A model generated the notes under the pieces. The model ran no database searches and was not told the DNA's origin. It worked only from the letters and a program-made list of their open reading frames with translations. A program made the translations under genes and the position numbers. Shown here piece after piece: positions 44,579-59,500 of a DNA stretch of 64,000 nt (positions within the stretch are counted from its first letter, which is position 1; every line of letters starts with the position of its first letter). The DNA comes from Antedon mediterranea (lineage: Eukaryota > Animalia > Echinodermata). Where the stretch lies: contig NC_092671.1 in assembly GCF_964355755.1 (NCBI RefSeq), positions 37,892,304 to 37,956,303 on the forward strand, read 5' to 3'.

Positions 44579-47500
44579 TTTCATGAAAAAAATATAGAGT
44601 TTCAAGTATATTTTATCTTTGGTCATTTATCATTTTTTTAAATATATGTATATTAGGAGCTGTAATTGCATTTGAGTTTATAGCATTTAAACTATTCCAT
44701 AGCTTTGCGCCAGAATACGAGAAACTTATGATCTATATGATTTACTCATAATTAAATATAGATTAATAGTAATAATAGAAATTAAGATATGTAATAATTA
44801 GATTCTGTATAGCTTCATTTTGTTGTTAAGCGAAAAGACAGACTTGCATACACAGTACTGGGAATATCTTTATACAGTAGGAACGAGTTAAGAAGGGATG
44901 GACTGAATAATTCATGTTTAGCCATCAGCATAATCATGTGCCAAATGAAGTGAAACTATTTCCTAAGGGATCACCTCAACATCTCAGTCTTTTCCTTAAA
45001 ATATACCTTATGGAAGCTGGCTGTTTCATGGCTGTTGTGTTTTATTATTATGCAGAAAATTCAAGTTTATTTATTTAAATGGAATAATTTTTTATTTAAA
45101 TAGCATGTTTTAGGTCTTAGACCATTTGACATAAATATAAAACTACAGAAAATATATTGTAATTGTATAGATGGGAAATATACATTTTAGTTGAAAGAAA
45201 CCAACAGTTTAACTATGACATCAAATAGTTCTAATATAAATGATATTTAATTTACACAAAATGTAATATGTGTAGAGATATTTTAGAGGTAACATAAATT
45301 ACTGATATCGTTATTTTTATCAAATTTTGTAGCAAGACGAACAGCTTCCCAACCACCTCCCGATGTAACCGCAAGTTCATCGCACCAAGTAGCCTTCCGA
45401 ACCCCTAGACAAGATGTGGCAAGGCGTAAGTTTCACTTTCCCTAAAGCTCTGTCTACACTATCAAACTAGTTTGATGTGCCCAAATATGGTGGTGATACG
45501 ACCAAATATGGTAGTGATATGACATCATCATGTCCATATATGGGCACATCACATTTTTTTTTGTCACATGAAGTTTGATAGTGTAGACAGAGCTTTATGA
45601 AAATCGAATTTTCATTTATTCATTACAGTGTACACTAAAAATATGAGCATTGTATTTTCTTTTGTTCCATGCATTTTCAATTATGAATTCTATTTTTTAT
45701 TCGCACATCGAATTATTAATTGAATATTTTGTACTAATAATGAACCTATATAATTAATACAATATGCATTAGATCGTGTCTTAAGAACGTTGCTGACATG
45801 TATCAGTGTTACAACGGAAAACATTAAACAATGTTATTATTGTAATATTTTATTTATATGCTATTTATCATTCGAAGCATTACGTTTCTGCACATTCATG
45901 CTTTTTAAATATTTTATTATAACTCATATTTTATTTGTAGAAGCAAACAGTAAAGTATCTGCTAAAATACAACAATTACTTAACACCCTAAAAAGACCAA
46001 AGAGAAAACCACTACAAGAGTTCTTTTTAGATGAAGAAGAAGAATTGGAATGTAAGTATTAAGCTTGGTCCACGCTATCAAACTAGTTGGACAAAAAAAA
46101 GTGATGTGGCCATATATGGTAGTGATATGACATTATGTCCATTTATGAGCACATCAAATTTGCTGTCACATAAAGTTTGATAGTGTAGCCTTAAAGCTCT
46201 GTCTACACTATCAAACTAGTTTGACAAAAAAATATGGTAGTGATATACCCAAAGATAGTAGTGATATGACATAATCATGTCCATATATGGACACATCACA
46301 TTTTGTTGTCACATAAAGTTTGATAGTATAGACAGAGCTTTAAGGTATTTTATTTCAGGTTCATTCAAACAGTGAGATCATCAACTATTAAGAGTGATAT
46401 CACCAATTACAGGTTACCTTTATAATTTACACAATCTATCAAGTATCATCTTTCATAAGCAAGTCATTGGAATTCATTTCATCATCACACCATAGCAACC
46501 CGATTACACAAGGCATTTTTGTCAAATACTACATAACACATCCAGATGTCCTAATAACATTTTTAGAATCTTATAAAAGCTAAAAATACCAAACGGGAAA
46601 CGGACTAACTACCTAAGTTTGATGCAAAGAGAAAACCTTAATAAACTAGAAGGGCACTCAGAGAACGCAACCCTCATATGAAAATTTAATGACGTGTTCC
46701 CATACAGCTATGAAACCATGCTTTAATAACTTATGAGAATCGGACAATATCTTTTTGAGTAATCCTGCTAACTAACAAATATAGAAACACACAAACACGT
46801 GTGATCGACCTCATAACCTCTCACCATTCTAGCGGGGTAATTATCCAGCTATAATGCTGATATCAACATGGAGTGATTTTATGTTTTACTCTATGAAGGA
46901 TTATATGTATGTTCACTCCTTACAGGATTATGATTTAATCCACAATTATCATGTGTCGGAAATGTAATTTAACAGAAAAAGAAAAAAACAATATAAAAAT
47001 AATAACTAATTTTATTTATTCATCAATTTATTTTTAGTAACTGCAAACCAAGTTGATCCAAATGCACCAAACCCCGAAGGCAATACAATTACTCCAGCCA
47101 TTGGAGAGCAACTAACAGTAAGTAGACATTTCTTCATTAATGATACTACTGTATCACATAGTTATTTTGTTTCTTTGTTATTATTACCAAAGACTGGTCT
47201 CCCAGAAGGCCCAGTTATGATCAGTGGCTGTGATGTACTAGTACACTGGGAAAACCCCTACTCATCTTGAAAGATGTACTACCCTCTACTCGTCTTGACT
47301 AGGTTTTTAAAAGTCCACAAGAACTAGATGTGTACACTGGACCTACGGTTTATAGTCCATATCTGAGAAGACTTGTTCTACCACCAGAACCATGGAGCAA
47401 GTTAGCCTTGAACCCTTGCCGATGTTATGACTGCGTAATTACGGTTCCACTGCCTTAACCGCACGGCCACTCACTGAATTAATCACCTAGCTCATCGTCC

Positions 47501-50500
47501 ATTCCCCTTCAAAACAATTCTATGATTCCATTACTGCCTTTTTATATTTGAAACTTCTTTCGAATAATTTTCCTCAAATCCAATAATAACCACATAGTTG
47601 AATATCCTTTTCTTTCCTCTTTCTCAAAATGTTCAGTAGTTTTTTTCTTCCATTAAAATAAATATAACGTTATTATTAGTTACCAACTGGATTACCTAGA
47701 CATCTAGAAGCAGCGTTACAACGGTACGGGAACTCAACATTTAAAGCACCTGCTGTCACGTCATTAGACATTAGTGGCAAACCGAAAGAAACGCTTACAT
47801 ACGGTACGTATTAAAATGACGCTTTTAATGTTCGAATACTGCACTGTGTATTACTACAATGTTTTTTGACTGTTAAGTGTTATATAAGATTTAATTTTGG
47901 TATTGCTTAAAGATGTATTGTCCCCCAAATACCTGAAAAATAAAGATTAATAAAATCAGACTTTGAATATGCCATTTTGCAGTTTTAATAATATTCACTT
48001 CTATAGAAAAAAAATATATATAACTAGAGGGTACTCCGAGAGTACAAACCTCCGCCTACTGTAAAATTCCCCTACATAAAATGCCCCCTGAATATTTTTG
48101 GCTAAGTTTGGTTAGAATCGGATAAAAACTGTGGCCTCCAGGCTGTTCACAGACACACACACAAACACACACACACACACAAACATACAGGGGTGAAAAC
48201 ATAACCTCCTTGGCGGAGGTAAAAACAATTATTTTACTTATAAAAAGACAAAAGAAACAGTTAATTTTAACCAAAAACCATTGCTGGATAGACAATTTAG
48301 GTATAGTTTGCTTTAAATTACATTTTTTTCAGGAAAATAATATTTTTTTCAATCCAGTTTTTGGTCAAAGTGAAACACTATTATGTGATATTAAAATGGC
48401 ATATTCAATAAAAAAAATGTTTTTAAGAGGACAATATATCTTTAAATACTGCATTGTTTTTTAGATACATGTTATGCTGAAGTAGAAAGGAAATCATGTC
48501 TATAAATTTAAATGTGTTTTATTTGTGTTTGCAGGTAAACTATTAAGTAGAGCTCAAAAGATAGCATACTTTCTACTCAACAAAATAGGTGGTAGAGCAG
48601 AGACTGCAATCAAACCCGGTGATCGGGTGAGTTTTTAAAAGATTCAGAGTAAATTTATTATCATATGTACATGTAGTAACATACAATGAAATTGTATCGA
48701 AAAACTGTATACAAATAACAAAAAGACTAATTATTTTAATTTTGTATTTTGATAAACCAAAAAAAATTAATAATTTTTTTATGCAATGTTATTTTAAAAC
48801 CAGATGAAGTTTTTCCAGAACAATTATTTTAACTTATAAACTCCTAATTTGTTCCGAATTTTGTTTGAATTTGAAGCACAAAAAATTCTTCTGTCCTAAT
48901 AATAACTGACAAACAAGTACAGACTTTATTTATTCCTACAGACAATAGCCTATTCGTCACTATTAAGGTTCTGTAGTTTGTAAGAATACAATTGGCATTA
49001 GTAATCTTTTTTATCTTTTCCTGTCTTTGTGTATCTTTGTTAATTATGACCAGGGAAAAGTGAAATTACACATATTATATGTAAAGATAGAAATATTTTT
49101 TAAATGAGGTCAAAGGTCACAGAGGTCAAATCAGATTTCCAGTAACTTGGTTTTGGTATCTTGATTATAACTGAATATTTTCTTGAAAATAAAGTTTTCA
49201 TTTCTTTTTCTTGTTATTATTAAAGGTGTTCTTGTTTTTCTTTTTCCCAGGTGGCTCTTGTTTATCCAAATTCCGATCCAGCTAATTTTTTGTGTGCTTT
49301 TTATAGCTGTTTATTTGCCGGGGTTGTGCCAGTAGCCATCGAAGTACCTGTTTCACGAAAGGTACAGTTTGTTAATTATATTATTATTATTATTTATTCA
49401 GGCAAAAGATACATTTTACAAAATATAATACAAATCAACAAATTAAACAAACACGACGCCAAATTAGAAATCAGTAATGGATATACATTTGTGTTTTTTC
49501 TTAATGTTACTATTTTATTATTATTGAATAATAATAATGACCAAGTTTATTGCATTCTTATGTTTATTTGAAATAAAGGATGATTTTACGATAGCTCAGT
49601 TGTAAACACAACAATAAAGTTTACATTATTTTACTTCAGGATGCTGGCAGTCAACAGATAGGGTTTCTCCTTGGTAGCCTTGGTATAGTTAATGCTTTGA
49701 CTACTGCGCAATGTCTCAAAGAATTACCCAGAAATTCCTCTGGAGAGGTAGCACATTTTAAAGGTTAGTAAGCCAACATTGCAACAACCCGGCCCATTAT
49801 GTCACATTAAAATGACGTATTCAACAAAAAATTTTAAAAAAAATTATTTTTCAGGAGACAATATATCTTTAAGCATTCAAGAATTGACATAAGTTATAAG
49901 TGAATTCCAACTATTTTCAAAAACCAAACAATACACTCTTAACTTTATACAGTATAGTATGGACAACAGCATTATCATTCACGTTCTTTGACTTTAGGTT
50001 GGCCAAAATTAAGTTGGCATGTCACAGAGCATCTAAACAAACCTCCTAAAGATTGGCAGATGCCGTCACGGATGTCAGATGATTCTCCTGCTTATATAGA
50101 AGTAAGTATCATTCCAATGTTATTATAAAAACAGACATTGTTATTGGAATTGTTAATGGTTCTTGGAAAACAAGGAAAAACGTAAGGAAGTATGCAGCCA
50201 TGCTGACCTAGATGTAATGTGACCTACATTTGAAAATACAATTTATTGTGCATGCAGAATAGTCAATATGATATATACATATTTGGTATAATAATTAAAA
50301 ATAATAATAATAATAATAATAAGAATAAGAAATAATAATAAGAAACTGCCCAGCAATAATACATGCAGATTAGATTAGAATAACTTAATGCATTACTTGG
50401 AATACAACAGGTCAAAAATGTAATTGTTTTAGAACATGACTAACCAGCGTGTTTATTTTGTCTAAAATTATCATGATCTTATTTCCTTGAAAAACAGTGA

Positions 50501-53500
50501 TGCTTAATACAGTATTGTATTATTATACAGTACAGTATTCAAATCAAATTTATTCGCCTCCCTTAGGAGAAACATATAAAAATTATACAGTAAAATTATA
50601 CACATCTAAATATTCACATTTATCATAAAGCATATAGCTTAAAGTATAATATAATATATTTGTGTAGCGAAATGGCGGTTCACTTATGTAATTTTACTGT
50701 CATGGGCAGAATGGTTTTGTGTTTCGTTACATGTTAACTTTATTATCCATGTAGATTTTGGTCTTCATTTTGCCTTTTCTATTTAAGAATGGTTTTGTTT
50801 TTCGTTACATTTTCAATTTCATGATCAGTGTAGATTTTGGTCTTCATTTTGCCAGTCTTACTTTTCTGTTTAATTCAGTTAAGCTTGGTTCCCACTAGAA
50901 CGTAACGCAAGGACGTAAACGCAACGCAAGCGTTTTAACCAATGACAAGCGAAGTTATAGACAGTTAGCAATCACAAGCGAATAAGCCATCGCTTGTGAT
51001 TGGTCAATTCACTTGCGTTGCGTTACGTCCTTGTGTTGCGTCGCTAGTGGGAACCACGCTTTAGTGCAATTTTGCATTAGCCTCTTAATATTGACAATCA
51101 ATGTATTCGTTCTTAGTATACAACAGATAAGGATGGCAGTGTTATGGGAGTTACAATCTCAAGGAGTGCTATGTTACAACACTGTCGTACATTAACAGTA
51201 GCTTGCAACTATTCAGAGGGAGAAGTAATGGTCAGTGTGCTGGACTTTAAGAGGGACGTCGGTCTCTGGCATAGTATACTTTGTGTAAGTTATCAATACT
51301 TATTATTTTACTAATTGGTCAGTGTGCTGGACTTTAAGAGGGACGTCGGTCTTTGGCATAGTATACTTTGTGTAAGTTATCAATACTTATTATTTTACTA
51401 ATTGGTCAGTGTGCTGGACTTTAAGAGGGACGTCGGTCTTTGGCATAGTATACTTTGTGTAAGTTATCAATAATTATTATTTTACTAATTGGTCAGTGTG
51501 CTGGACTTTAAGAGGGACGTCGGTCTTTGGCATAGTATACTTTGTGTAAGTTATCAATAATTATTATTTTACTAATTGGTCAGTGTGCTGGACTTTAAGA
51601 GGGACGTCGGTCTCTGGCATAGTATACTTTGTGTAAGTTATCAATACTAATATTATTTTACTAATTGGTCAGTGAGAAAATTAAAATGCATAAAGCTCTG
51701 TCTATTCTATCAAACTAGTTTGAAAAAACAAGTGTGATGTGCCCAAATACGGTAGTGATATGTCTAAATATGGTAGTGATATTCCCAAATACGGTAGTGA
51801 TATGCCCAAATACGGTAGTGATATGACATCATCCTATCCATATATGGGCACAATACATTTTGTTGTCACATAAGGTTTGATAGTTTAGACAGAGCTTTAG
51901 AATAGAGTAGAATATCCTGAGCACCAAACTTAAAGCCTTGGCTTTAAGCGTCCTCATCACACAATTATATTTATTAATTTATGTTTTGTTTATTGTATTA
52001 TTGTGTGAAACAATAAACTTGAAAAAAACTATATATTTTCTGTTGACACATAGTAACGCATATAAATTATTAGTAACATAAATCTTAGTTGATTAATACA
52101 AATTTTTTGTGTAATGATTAATTGATTACAGAGTGTTTTTAATGGCATGCATGCAATACATGTGCCTTATGGATTAATGAAGGTCAACCCAGCTTCTTGG
52201 ATGCATATGATTACTAAATATAAAGGTAGGCTTTAATGTTTAAACTTGTTTATGTTATTAAACTATAACAAATATCTTATAATCAGACACAACTAAAATT
52301 TATGTACATTTTTGCAATGCACATATGCATCAATTGTACACTTATTTTAAAGTGAGTGCTCTGTGCGTACTTATGTTATTAACATATTATTTTATGTCAT
52401 TGTAACTATAACAAAGTATCTTATAATCAGACAGAACTTAAAGTGATGGACATTTTTGCAATGCAAATGTGGCCAATGTACACTTTTTTCGAAGCGAGTG
52501 TTTTGTCAGTAAATATTAGCATATATTAGCAATATAAATAATTCAATTATTTTTGTATTTATCTAAAATTTGATTAGATATATTATTGTATAAATTACCA
52601 AATACTTATATCAATGTAGATATTCTTATTGTATGCTTTAATCTTTTTAATTAGAAAAATGTTAAATCACATTTCAGTAATTTTCAACTCAAATAACTAG
52701 TCAATTATAGTCTTTTTTAATTAACATTTAATTAATTAAATTTAATTATAATTTAGATATATATATATATATATAGACTCATTAGGCATTAATTTTAAAC
52801 TGCCTGGTGATATACTGAAATTTAATTAATTAATTTGAAATGATAGAGATAAGGAAATCTGTGAGAATGAGAAAAAGTCCCCCCAACCGAGATTCGAACC
52901 CGGACCTTCTGCTTGATATGCAGATGTCCTATATATATATTTTTATATTTATGTGTTTAATGCAATACTTTGTAATGTTTAGATTATTTTAGATTATAAA
53001 AGGATCCCAATGGAAATAAGCTACTAAGCTTTTTTTGACTATCCTGGAAAATCTTCTATAATTGTATTTATTTGTCATTATTTATGTTATCACTTTGTAT
53101 GTATTTTTTATGATGATTTCCTAATAAATTAAAATTTGTTTTAGCATCTGTTGCTGTGGTGAAGTCACGTGACATGCATTGGGGTCTAATGGCTCAGAAA
53201 GAACACAAAGACGTGAGGTTGGACACTATACGAATGTTACTGGTGGCCGACGGAGCCAATCCATGTAAGTTTACATTTACACTAGGGCATTAACAATTGA
53301 CGATGAATAGGTAAACATACATTTTTCTGCCTTAAAACAAAAGAAATTAGAAAACTTTTCGCTCTAGAACTGTAGGATAATCATTTATGCTGTCTTAATT
53401 GTTGTATTGTCAATTTTATTGCTCTTACTAATCATGACGTCATTTGATTGGATGTGTGAAAATATTATTTTCATCAAAGGCAGTCTAAATGATTATCCTA

Positions 53501-56500
53501 TAATAGTTCTAGAATGAAAACTTCTTTTGTTTCAGGTATGAAAAATACACATTTTACTATTTATCGTTGATTGTTATCGCCCTAGTGTAAATTGGCCTTT
53601 AAGTTTTTAAACAAATTTGCTCAACATAATTGCTCATGAATAAATATGGTTTTATCTCTAGTATTTACTCAGTTAAGAATTCAATTTATGTGGTTATGAT
53701 GTCTATGTATTTATATTTAGCTTTCATCAACTATTTTATCAGTTAGTAAATGTTTACATCATATGTTTAAAATTCAATTACTTTAATTTTGGAATTCCAA
53801 TCGATTTTAATGTCAATTTTATATTGAAATTTGGGAAATATAATTTATAATTCAGCTACTGGTTGCTATGTTTTAAGATTCCTTTTATTTAGTTTGTTTT
53901 TCAATAGAATACCATTATATTTACAGTCAACTCTCCCAAAACCAGACTTTTCTCGAGGTCTAAAAGGTCCCAAATTCTGTCCAATAAACCAGACGTATTA
54001 GGTTGCGTTGAATTTTTTGAAAAAAATAAATAATTTATTGTCATAATTTTGTTTTATTATCCAGGGTCATTATCTTCATGTGATGCTTTTCTTAACACCT
54101 TCCAAAGTAGAGGCCTAAAAACAGAGACAATTTGTCCGTGCGCAAGCACGACAGAAGCACTTACTATATCAATACGAAGGCCTGGAAAGACCGGGAGTAC
54201 TGCGTCAGGCCGTGGAGTGCTATCAATGGCTGGCCTGAGCTATGGTGTGGTCAGGGTGGATACCGATGATAAACTAACTTCTCTCACATTACAAGATGTT
54301 GGTGTCGTTATGCCTGGAGGTAAGCAGCTTCTTCATATATTCAAAATATATATTAAATGGTTCTATTTTTTATATCTTATATATTTTAATTTTTTTTACT
54401 TCTATATGTTCAAATGCAGTATATGGAGAGCCATGGCACTCATGGCATTCCTCAGGGTACTGCACCGCTGTTTTGTTTTTGTGCCAGAAAATTGAATAAA
54501 ATAAAAATTAAAAAATAAAATATATTAATTTATTTAATCGCATTCTTGTGACCAGCCAATTCTGGCGTATGAACAAATATATAATATAGCAATTGAAATA
54601 AACACAGATAAAAACATTAAACAAAAAAAAACAAGTTTTAACAGTCTTACAACACCAAATAAATAACGACCAAACGTGCATAGGACTTCCGGGTAGAAGG
54701 GGGAAAAAAATAATTTTTAAAAATTTTATCATTCACTGATTTATGTATTTTTATCCTTAAGTCTAATTTGTTACTTGATAATATATTTTAGCCGCGATGG
54801 TGGTTGTGAAAGTAGATAACAACCCAATTTTGTGCAAGACGGATGAAGTAGGTGAACTGTGCGTAGCCTCCGAGGCTGTGGGCAGCTCTTACTGGGGACT
54901 CACTGGAAAATCAAACCAAGTGTTTAAGGTAAATATAATATATACTGTAATAGTTATGTGTAGCCTCATTGGGAAATCAGACCAAGTGTCTAAACCTCTG
55001 TCTACACTATCAAAGTTTATGTGACAAATATATTTGATGTGCCCATATATGGACGTGATGATGTCATATCTATACCATATTTGGGCACATCACACTTTTT
55101 TTGTCAAACTAGTTTGATAGTGTAGACAGAGCTTAAGGTAAATATAATATTACACTGTATTATTTGTATTTATTTTATTACAAAACAGAATTTTGTGGTA
55201 GGTGTTAACCTTTGACCTGTTTATTTTCTAGGTGTATCCTCTTGGTAGTGATGGATCACCTGTCAGTCAACAAACATTCACAAAAACGGGACTTCTTGGT
55301 TTCTTAGGACCGGTAAGGACACATTCATTTATGAAGCTCTGTCTATCAAGCTAGTTTAACAAAAAAGTGTAATGTGCCCAAATATGGTAGTGATATGACA
55401 TCATCATGTCCATATATGGGCACATCACATTTTTGTTCACATAAAGTTTGATAGTGTAGAGAGAGCTAACAATTTTAACTAAAACCTTAACATACATTTT
55501 GCTTTTGTTTTCTGTTGCATTGTTCTTGTAATATATTGTATTCTCTTTGTTTGTGTCTGCAAACGGTTTCCATTTCATTTTTGTTTTTATTAAAAATCAA
55601 TCGTCAAGTCAACAATAAGAGAATTAAATACTTTTATTGCAAATTCATATTTACATCTTAATTTCCCTTTTTTGTGCTAAAGTTTTACTATATAATTTTA
55701 GAATATTTTTTATAAAAGGATTAGATTGTTTGCTACTGAAAATACTTTTCTAATTGACGGAATTGATATTTGGAACATTAGGTTCCCCACTAGTCATTTG
55801 TAATATAAAAATACAAAGATGTACAATGAAAAGGTAGTCCAAAATTAATCATGTTTTATTTGTAGGGAGGTTTGGTGTTTGTTTGTGGTAAAACTGATGG
55901 TTTAATGACAGTGAGTGGACGAAGACACAATACTGATGACATCATTGCAACGGTGTTAGCTGTTGAACCAATGAAATTCATCTATAGAGGAAGGTCGGTA
56001 CCCATATTATCATTGTATTGTAATTGTTATTGTAATCGTACATATCACGGCTAGCTATAAAGAAAAATGGAATGTAACATTAGTTGCTGAATGAAAGACA
56101 TCAACCATGACATTAATTGATACATTTTTCTTAATTTTCAGAATTGCTGTATTTTCTATCAAAGTTTTAAAAGATGAAAGGGTTATTATTATTGCTGAAC
56201 AAAGGCCAGATGCCACTGAGGAAGAGGTGATGTACAAGTTTAATGGATCTACATATTGCAAAATGTATTTGCTTAAAGATATATTGTCCCCTAAAAAAAA
56301 TTTTTTTCTCATTTTGTGTTTTAAAAAATGTAATTTTAAACAAAAAATACTTAAATTGTCTGTCAGACAGTTTTTGGTTAAAATTAACTGTTTCTTTTGT
56401 CTTTTTATAATTTTTGTTTTGTTTTTTTTTTACAAAAGTGAATAGCTTTATTAAAACTGCAAATATGACCTATTTAAAGTCTGATCTTTTTTCATGTTTT

Positions 56501-59500
56501 TGGGGACAATACATCTTTAAATCAGTTTTTTAATGATTTGTAATGAGTATTAAAGATTTCTGTATTCCCAGTAGTGCCAGTGTTTTCCTGCACTATGTTA
56601 TGTAATAATTAATATTGTTATGTTAGTGATCTTCTATCAATTAAGGCCAAAGTATAGTCATGTCCCAGGACCACACTCTATTAGCCACCACGGATAGACT
56701 TTCTTCATCAGGGCTTCTATGAATGGATGACTTTTGGGAGCAGGAAACCCAGTACCGTTTTGATTCCATCTAAATTTTCTCCATTTTTTTTTCTACCAGT
56801 GCTTCCAGTGGATGAGTCGTGTTCTCCAGGCTATCGACAGTATACATCAAGTTGGGGTGTACTGCCTTGCATTAGTACCACCTAATACTTTGCCAAAGGT
56901 AATTCAATTTAAAATAGATTTACTTTTTATTCAGCGTATATCCAATGGTTTCTCTCACCAATATAATAAAAAGCCTGTGGCCGTATTCACCAATGACCCT
57001 TAGGTTAAACAGAAAAACTTACCCTTAAAATGGAAAAAAAATCTCCTATGTAAGTGAATACAATTTAAGGGAAATACTTAAATATTTATTGAGTCAAGTG
57101 AAATACTTAAAATTTAAGTGAAATATCTCACTTAAGCGAATACGACCACTGGTTCAATTTTGATACTATGCATCATACGTATTTTTATTGTTTCTCTATT
57201 ATATGTTTGAAGTGCAGTATGGAGAGCTAGTGAGAGATAGTGCTTAGCACTCATGGCAATCCTCAGGGTGCTGCACCGCTTTCATGTCTTGTACGTTGTT
57301 ATTTGTGCCTAAAAAGTGAATAAAATAAAATGGAAAAATAGGTATATTTATGTTTTGCTTAGTTAAATGTTTTTAAAATATTTTGCCCGCAGACCCCACT
57401 AGGAGGCATACACCTTTCAGACACCAAACAAAAGTTTCTTGATGGTTTGCTTCATCCAACTAACGTGCTCATGTGTCCGCACACGTGCGTAACCAACCTA
57501 CCGAAACCGCGAATCAAACCGTCTGACGTTGGGCCGGCGTCCGTCATGATGGGGAATCTGGTAGCGGGAACAAGAATTGCTGGGGCAGCTGGTCGGGATA
57601 TTGGTAGCGTTGATGAGGAAACAGAAACGGGAAGGAAGTACCAGTTCCTGTCTGAAGTCTTAAAGTGGAGAGCTCAGTCGACTCCTGATCATGTTCTTTA
57701 CACACTCATGAATAGTAAAGTAAGAACAAAATAATGAAATGCTGAAATATAGATTATGTGCAGATTAGATTAGAATAACTTATAAATGCTTTACTTGGAA
57801 TACAAGCTAAAGCTCTGTCTAACACTATCAAACTTTATGTGACAACAAAATGTGATGTACCCAAATATGGACATAATGATGTCATATCACTAGAATATTT
57901 GGGCATATCACTACCATATTTAGGCATCACACTTTTTTAATGCTTTACTTGGAATACAACAGGTCAAGCTAAATCTTATATAGGTTTTTTTATAGTGCAA
58001 ATAGAGAAAATTCATAATAGAAAATGCACGGAACAAAAGAAATTAAAAGCATATTATTAGTGTATAAGTACACTGTAATGAATAAATTAATATTTGATAT
58101 TCATAAATCCTTGTCTACACTATCAAACTTTATGTGACAAAAAAATGTGATGTGCCCAAATATGGACATGATGATGATGATGAAGTGTAGACAGAGCTTA
58201 ATACAATAAGGAGCTTTTGATCGTGAAGACCCACGTATTGATATTGTTGTTTTCTGGACCTAGAAACTACTAAAACTGTCATGGAATAGAGCGAGGAAGT
58301 ACATCACAACAATTGACATGACCTAGCTTGTTCCTAGGTCGTCTGGTCGAGTCAAATCGAAAGCTCCCTGTTGATTATATTAACATACACATTTTTTAGT
58401 GCACACATGCACATAATATTTTCAGCAATTATTTTGCATTTTCCAACAAGGTCATTTTGACTGATAATTGACCTTTGACTTGCAGGGTAGTGTGGCAGGA
58501 ACTTTGACATGTAGTCAGCTCCACAAGAAGGCAGAGAGGATAGCAGTGTTATTACAAGATAAAGGAAAGATCAATACTGGTGACCATGTGTCGCTAATCT
58601 TTCCACCAGGCTTGGATCTGGTAGCTGCCTTCTATGGCTGTTTGTATGTTGGTAAGTACAGTAAACATTATTGGATTCACTACTAGAATCAACTTTGTTT
58701 GATGCTTCTCTATGTCATTTATTCTCTTTTACTTCAACAGTGGCTGATCCAGGATTTTGAAATAGGGCCTAAAAGTAGTGAAGTGAGGTGCTGAACTTAA
58801 TTTGATGTGCGTTATAATTTGTGAAATTTAGAGGCCCGGGCCGGCTGGGTGGCCCTGTTCAGATAGTACAGCCGTACAACAAAACATATAATATGACAAT
58901 TAATTTATTCTTTTGATAGGTGTTGTACCAGTAACAGTCCGTCCTCCCCACCCTCAAAACATCCAAACAACTCTACCCACGGTCAGAATGATTGTAGAGG
59001 TCAGTAAGTCAAGAGCAATCTTGACCACACTACAGGTCATCAAGTTACTAAAGTCAAAGGTAAAACATTTGTTCTTCAGTTTTTTTTAGAATAAAATGTA
59101 GTCTAATATGGGAGTAGTGTGCCCACTTTTGGACGATTGTGGACAAATAACCAATTAAGTCTCCATCCCATTTTAAATAATAGTAATAATAGTTCATTCT
59201 CATATAGCACATATAAGCAAGCTCTCAATGCGCTGAACATTATTACCCCAGTCATTTTTTGGATCATACACATATGGAAACATACTAACATAATGCAGCT
59301 AGTAATCAGCGCAAAGTTGTTTCTCGATCTAACTGATACCCATTTATACACCTGGATGGATATTGGCAAATGTAAGTAAAATTTCTTGCCTAAGGAAACA
59401 AGCAATGCGGCAAGAGTTGGATTCGAACCACCTCCAAAACACTGCGCCACACTCCCTCATCAAATAACACACTTGATGTGTTTTTGTTTTGTATCTCAGG

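Noticed and set aside
44297-44641. ORFs with poly-F/C/K/T runs
   Set aside because: Translation of (CAA)n plus poly-A simple repeat.
51229-51674. Regular array as possible CRISPR
   Set aside because: Whole 87-bp unit is repeated with no unique spacers; derived from a eukaryotic exon/intron junction; no cas genes.
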